NCBI GenBank assembly: GCA_964408905.1
Contig: CAYPBD010000003.1
Span: 1 to 19,096, forward strand
Reading direction: 5' to 3'
Origin: Candidatus Woesearchaeota archaeon
GTDB taxonomy: Archaea > Nanobdellota > Nanobdellia > Pacearchaeales > GW2011-AR1
Length of the DNA: 19,096 nucleotides
Part shown: positions 15,522-19,096 of the stretch, one piece after another
How the letters are laid out: the number at the start of each line of letters is the position of its first letter
How positions within the stretch are numbered: the stretch's first letter is position 1
Notes under the pieces: model-generated
What the model saw: the letters and a program-made list of their open reading frames with translations, nothing else
Told to the model about the DNA's origin: nothing
The model's database searches: none
Translations under genes and position numbers: made by a program

Positions 15522-16515
15522 TTAACAACTCCTTAATTTCTTCATAATCTACTCTTAAATTTGACTCATAATAAGGTTCATAACCTCTCCTAAATTTCTC
15601 AGACACATCATTAATTATTGCAGTTGTAGTAGGTTCTTCAAAAGTGCTCATTCTTTCTGCAGTCAATTGTTCATCATCCAACCAAACAGAACCATCAGGA
15701 TAAATTCTTCCTAACCATTGAATATCAATAGCCAAAACACCTTCAACAGCGCCTTTAATCTCTAAATATTCTTTTCCATCAAGAACATATAAAAATTTAA
15801 CTTTGCTTTTGACCAGCAAAATAATATAAGGAGCAAAATCAATTTTCAAACCTTTATCAATTCCAAAAAAACCTCTTTTTACTTTTTCCAATCTTAACAA
15901 TTCTGTTTTTAGAATAATTGGATTTTCAGGAAAACCATAATCAATTTTTATCTCTTCTTCTTCATTTTTACATAAAAGATTATTTCCTGCATAAAAAGAA
16001 TTATTAAGTTTAATAAAATCAGAAATATCTCCCCCCAAATCAAATCTAATCTTTTGATAATCCTCAGAATCTAAATCAAATTCAGAATCAGAATTAAAAA
16101 AACCAGAATTTAAAGATATAACTCCTCCCTTAACTTCAGCTACTTTAATGTCTTTTTCTAAAAGCTTAACAAATCCTTCCTTTCTATCACCACTCCAATA
16201 CAAATTTGTTTTTTCATTATCCATAAAAATATATTGTTTACTTCCTACTCCAGAAACCCCTCCTTCTGGAATATTAATTTTTCCTATCATCACAGGACAT
16301 AAGTCTTTAATCTCTTCGTCACTTAATTTACTTACATCAATTTCAGTATCATTTTCAGGAACAGAATATCCTGGAAGATTTCTTAAATAACTATTAATAT
16401 CCACCTTAAATAAAAACATTGCAACAACAGCAATTACAAAAACAGCTATTATAATTGTAATTAATGTTTTATTTGCTATCCCTTTTTTATCAAAAACAAT
16501 TTTTTGTTTAATCAT
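15511..16515 (-). CDS. Prepilin-like protein, 334 aa
   Basis: MIKQKIVFDKKG|IANKTLITIIIAVFVIAVVAMFLF followed by a large soluble domain. There is an ATGA overlap with the mini-pilin gene upstream. Confidence 0.72.
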   Translation of the reverse strand: MIKQKIVFDKKGIANKTLITIIIAVFVIAVVAMFLFKVDINSYLRNLPGYSVPENDTEIDVSKLSDEEIKDLCPVMIGKINIPEGGVSGVGSKQYIFMDNEKTNLYWSGDRKEGFVKLLEKDIKVAEVKGGVISLNSGFFNSDSEFDLDSEDYQKIRFDLGGDISDFIKLNNSFYAGNNLLCKNEEEEIKIDYGFPENPIILKTELLRLEKVKRGFFGIDKGLKIDFAPYIILLVKSKVKFLYVLDGKEYLEIKGAVEGVLAIDIQWLGRIYPDGSVWLDDEQLTAERMSTFEEPTTTAIINDVSEKFRRGYEPYYESNLRVDYEEIKELLNEK

Positions 16516-16682
16516 CCTCTAAACCTAAATAGATTTTTTACAAATTCAATAGCACCACTCATTTTTCCTGAAAGAATCATATATCCTACAAACATTATTG
16601 CAACAATAATTAGGGCAAGCATCCATCCTTTAAACTCTTCTATTGCTACTCCTTTTTTATTTTTTAACAAACCTCTTTTCAT
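16512..16682 (-). CDS. Flp-like mini-pilin, 56 aa (not in the ORF track); candidate major filament subunit
   Basis: The ATG at 16682-16680 gives MKRGLLKNKKG|VAIEEFKGWMLALIIVAIMFVGYMILSGKMSGAIEFVKNLFRFRG, ending with TGA at 16514-16512 (ATGA overlap with the next gene). Its size and the G|xxIEEF motif resemble the Flp G|xxxxEY motif. It has its own TATA-like octamer 21 nt upstream. The 67-aa plus-strand track ORF 16504-16707 is its shadow. Confidence 0.65.
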   Translation of the reverse strand: MKRGLLKNKKGVAIEEFKGWMLALIIVAIMFVGYMILSGKMSGAIEFVKNLFRFRG

Positions 16683-16703
16683 AAAACAAAAAAAGAAAAA
16701 GAA

Positions 16704-16711
16704 TTAATAAA
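16704..16711 (-). promoter_or_regulatory. TATA-like candidate (TTTATTAA on the minus strand), 21-nt spacer to ATG 16682
   Basis: Lies in the 35-nt gap between the platform gene stop (16718) and the mini-pilin ATG. Confidence 0.4.
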
Positions 16712-16717
16712 TGTTTT

Positions 16718-18892
16718 CTAACTTGTTAATCCCCCCAATACTAGAGAAGTTAATAAAAACAAAGCCAAAGTTGCTATAAGAGCTGTGATAAAATAAAGAG
16801 TAATTCCTGCCATCAAATTTTTTCCTATTTTATTTGTTTTCTCAAGTTTATCTTCACCAGAATCAATAGTTACCAAAGAACCTGTTAAAATAAAAATTAT
16901 TTCAATTATATAAATTCCAATAGCAATTTGCAAATAATAAGGAGGAATCATATTTATTACTGGAAATATTCCTGTTATGGCTGTCACATCACCTAAACCA
17001 GTAATCTCTCCTACTCCTTCAAGTTGTGATAAAATATCTAATTTACTTAAAATAGAAGTTATCATTACAGCTAAACCAACAACAACACCAGAAAGTAAAG
17101 GTGCCAAAAAAGTCATATTACTTTTCATATCAGAGGCAATCTCTGCTAGCATATCTTTTAATCTATTAGTAATCTTCTGAATATTTTTTACATATTCTGA
17201 AATACTCATAAGACCCATAGCAGCAATTCTCAATCCTTTTTTTGCAGATTCAATAAGAATTCTCATGCTTGTTGCAATTAATTCAGAAGGATAATATATA
17301 ATTGCTCCTCGTCGGGGATCAAAGATAGCTTTCTCAACACTCATTCCCATTTGTCTTATATTATAATTCACTCTTCTGAAAAAATCTTCTGTTTCCAAAC
17401 CCCTAGATGATTCAGCAACTTTTCCAAAAATAAGTTCAGGAGGCATACCATTCCCAATTCTATTTCCTAACTGAAATAAAGAATTATTAAATTCTTTTTC
17501 AAGTTGTTTTGTCTTAATTCTTTCCTTAATCAAATCTTTAGTTCTTTCTTTAAATGAAAATGAAAAAAATAAAGCAATACTAAGAGGAATAAACATACTT
17601 AAAATCAAAGCAAATATTCCAAAGGGGCCAACAAAACCTCCTCCTGATTCTTTAAAATCAAAAATATATCCTTCACCTAAAAAACTTAAACCAATTTGCG
17701 AAAAAGTATAATCTTTTTGCAAACCTAATAATTCTGGAACAGGAGTATATTGAAAAATTAAAGGTAATAATCCAATTAGAAAAAAAGGTAAACAAATCAA
17801 AAAAGCATGTAGATAAGGTTTCCTACTTTGATATTTATGATAAAAAGGATTTTTTTCTAATAAACTTTTTTCACCATATCCTCCAGGCCTTAATAATAAA
17901 ATTTTATCTGTAAGATAAAAGACAAAAAAAGGAACAATCAAATTAAACAAAAGAAAAAGATGATACCATTTTAATAATCCTCCAAGCATTGCAGAAGCTA
18001 AAGGGATTAATGCCAATCCCAAAGTTGGCAAAACAACTCCAAGCATATAAACATTGGTCAAAGGACTTCTTACATTGTGTGTAAATTTTAACATCTTATC
18101 ATAAACACCATCAAGAACAACTTGTAAGGATTTCTCTAAAGTCGCAATTCTCCTGTCATTGCTTGGTTCAAATAAACTACTCTCAATCAAATGAAAAGAC
18201 TCGATAAATTCTGTAGAATAATCTCTCCATGTCTCAAGATAATTATCAAGACTCTCTTTTATTGTAGAAAATTTTCCAACAGAAACATCATAAAATACTT
18301 TTTTTAAATCAAGTGCAAGAGGAGGTTGCAAATGATCTGAAGCAAAAGCAACTGCCTTTTCCAAATTAGGAGTGTGTCGCATATAAACAACAATATATAA
18401 AATCGCAGGCACCATTTGTGAAGATGCCTTAAGTCTCCATTTATTTGCTAATCTTGCAGGATATCCATTAACAAAATAAAATAAGAATAAAGACAATATA
18501 ATTATTAAAAAGAAAAATAAGACAGGAAAATTAGAAAGTCCTCCTCTAATTAAAGTTATTGCAACAGAAATTAATAACCCAAGGAAAAAAACACTTACAA
18601 AAGTCATAATACTCAAAGTAATAGGTTGCCAAGGTTCTAAATCAAGATGAGAAATTTCTAGTTGCTTTTTAATTTTAGCTTCATCTTTTTTAGAAATCTT
18701 CAGTTTTATTATATTACCTAAACTACGGCACCATCTCTCATATCCTGTCAATTCAGGAGCCATCTCTTGTTTAAATTTAACATACTCTCGGCTATAATTA
18801 ACATCTTTAACACCTTTTGTCTTGATTTGCTTTTCAATTCTTGCACTATGTTTTCTAAGAATATCTTTTATATTTGGTTTTCTATTCACCAT
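16718..18892 (-). CDS. Type IV filament platform membrane protein (FlaJ/TadC/PilC-like, two T2SS-F-like repeats)
   Basis: 724 aa and polytopic. Two cytoplasmic helical modules each precede TM bundles: LEKAVAFASDHLQPPLALDLKKVFYDVSVGKFSTIKESLDNYLETW and ELIFGKVAESSRGLETEDFFRRVNYNIRQMGMSVEKAIFDPRRGAIIYYPSELIATSMRILIESAKKG. This fits a fused archaeal GspF-family architecture, and the gene sits at the head of the pilin cluster. Confidence 0.65.
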   Translation of the reverse strand: MVNRKPNIKDILRKHSARIEKQIKTKGVKDVNYSREYVKFKQEMAPELTGYERWCRSLGNIIKLKISKKDEAKIKKQLEISHLDLEPWQPITLSIMTFVSVFFLGLLISVAITLIRGGLSNFPVLFFFLIIILSLFLFYFVNGYPARLANKWRLKASSQMVPAILYIVVYMRHTPNLEKAVAFASDHLQPPLALDLKKVFYDVSVGKFSTIKESLDNYLETWRDYSTEFIESFHLIESSLFEPSNDRRIATLEKSLQVVLDGVYDKMLKFTHNVRSPLTNVYMLGVVLPTLGLALIPLASAMLGGLLKWYHLFLLFNLIVPFFVFYLTDKILLLRPGGYGEKSLLEKNPFYHKYQSRKPYLHAFLICLPFFLIGLLPLIFQYTPVPELLGLQKDYTFSQIGLSFLGEGYIFDFKESGGGFVGPFGIFALILSMFIPLSIALFFSFSFKERTKDLIKERIKTKQLEKEFNNSLFQLGNRIGNGMPPELIFGKVAESSRGLETEDFFRRVNYNIRQMGMSVEKAIFDPRRGAIIYYPSELIATSMRILIESAKKGLRIAAMGLMSISEYVKNIQKITNRLKDMLAEIASDMKSNMTFLAPLLSGVVVGLAVMITSILSKLDILSQLEGVGEITGLGDVTAITGIFPVINMIPPYYLQIAIGIYIIEIIFILTGSLVTIDSGEDKLEKTNKIGKNLMAGITLYFITALIATLALFLLTSLVLGGLTS

Positions 18893-18949
18893 CTTTTATA
18901 CTTCTATTAAATAAGAATGAAAATTAAATTAATAAATCTTTAGAAAAAA

Positions 18950-19096
18950 TTATCTATTATGTCTAGCATAAACAAAAATAAATACTAGTCCTAAGACAAA
19001 AAATAAAATTCCTAAAATAGAAAAATCATATTGAGTGCTTCCAACAACTGCTCCTGTAAAATTTACAGAAAGAAAAAATAAAGCAGATAAAAATGA
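18950..19096 (-). CDS. C-terminal fragment of a small membrane protein (N-terminus off the window)
   Basis: The minus-strand frame is open from 19096 and reads ..SFLSALFFLSVNFTGAVVGSTQYDFSILGILFFVLGLVFIFVYARHNR, with the stop at 18952-18950. It has two hydrophobic segments and unknown function. Confidence 0.4.
   Translation of the reverse strand, partial: SFLSALFFLSVNFTGAVVGSTQYDFSILGILFFVLGLVFIFVYARHNR

Noticed and set aside
2819-17180. Fifteen short ORFs (60-91 aa) in the six-frame track lie inside or antisense to larger genes: 2819-3016, 3016-3261, 3465-3650, 3647-3829, 5679-5954, 6592-6789, 8995-9195, 9234-9425, 10986-11174, 11311-11502, 12224-12412, 13593-13868, 16148-16390, 16504-16707 and 16977-17180.
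   Set aside because: All are fully overlapped by longer ORFs with recognisable motifs or coherent membrane or pilin architecture. Their translations are low-complexity F/L/I/S-rich strings, as expected for shadow frames in AT-rich DNA. None has promoter-like geometry.
6920-18892. Interpretation of the cluster as an archaellum (motility) operon.
   Set aside because: There are no tandem archaellin (FlaA/FlaB) paralogs of about 200 aa and no FlaC/D/E, FlaF/G or FlaH-like genes. The subunit sizes and Cys-rich domains are unlike archaellins. A non-motility type IV pilus-like filament fits better.
18893-18949. A possible promoter for the platform gene in the 57-nt gap upstream of ATG 18892.
   Set aside because: Several A/T runs are present, but none sits at the 20-22 nt spacing seen elsewhere. 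The platform gene may be co-transcribed with the upstream small membrane protein gene, so no call is made.
1-19096. A search for CRISPR arrays, tRNA or rRNA genes, transposases, or inverted or direct terminal repeats.
   Set aside because: There are no regularly spaced direct repeats and no GC-rich structured islands against the AT-rich background. No transposase or integrase-like ORFs are present. Coding density leaves no room for an rRNA or a tRNA cluster.

Overview
This is a very AT-rich window with archaeal informational genes: RadA, aEF-1beta, an RPA-like OB-fold protein and an EndoQ-like nuclease. I infer a small-genome, DPANN-like archaeon. Positions 1-6940 hold housekeeping genes: the EndoQ-like nuclease (partial), a heavily sequon-decorated surface protein, ndk, radA, a wHTH-Nudix fusion, the RPA-like protein, ef1b and a HIT-like protein with a degenerate triad. 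Positions 6920-19096 are one long minus-strand block that reads as an unusually large type IV filament (Tad/Epd-like) locus. It contains a 724-aa FlaJ/TadC-like platform protein and an unannotated 56-aa Flp-like mini-pilin. About ten further proteins carry a conserved M-x(n)-[KR]-[KR]-G prepilin-like leader. These include Cys-rich paralogs, a protein carrying a peptidoglycan amidase (Amidase_2/AmpD-type) domain, and a protein with a glycine-zipper-like C-terminal segment. A pair of polytopic membrane paralogs, one with that leader and one with a Sec-like signal, also lie in the block, and an A24 prepilin peptidase closes it. No assembly ATPase is in the window; it is expected beyond 19096. Many genes have an A/T octamer (often TTTATAAA) 20-22 nt upstream of the ATG, which suggests leaderless transcripts and argues for correcting four ORF-track starts. 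I saw no rRNA, tRNA, CRISPR array or mobile element. All homology calls come from motif recognition by eye; no searches were run.
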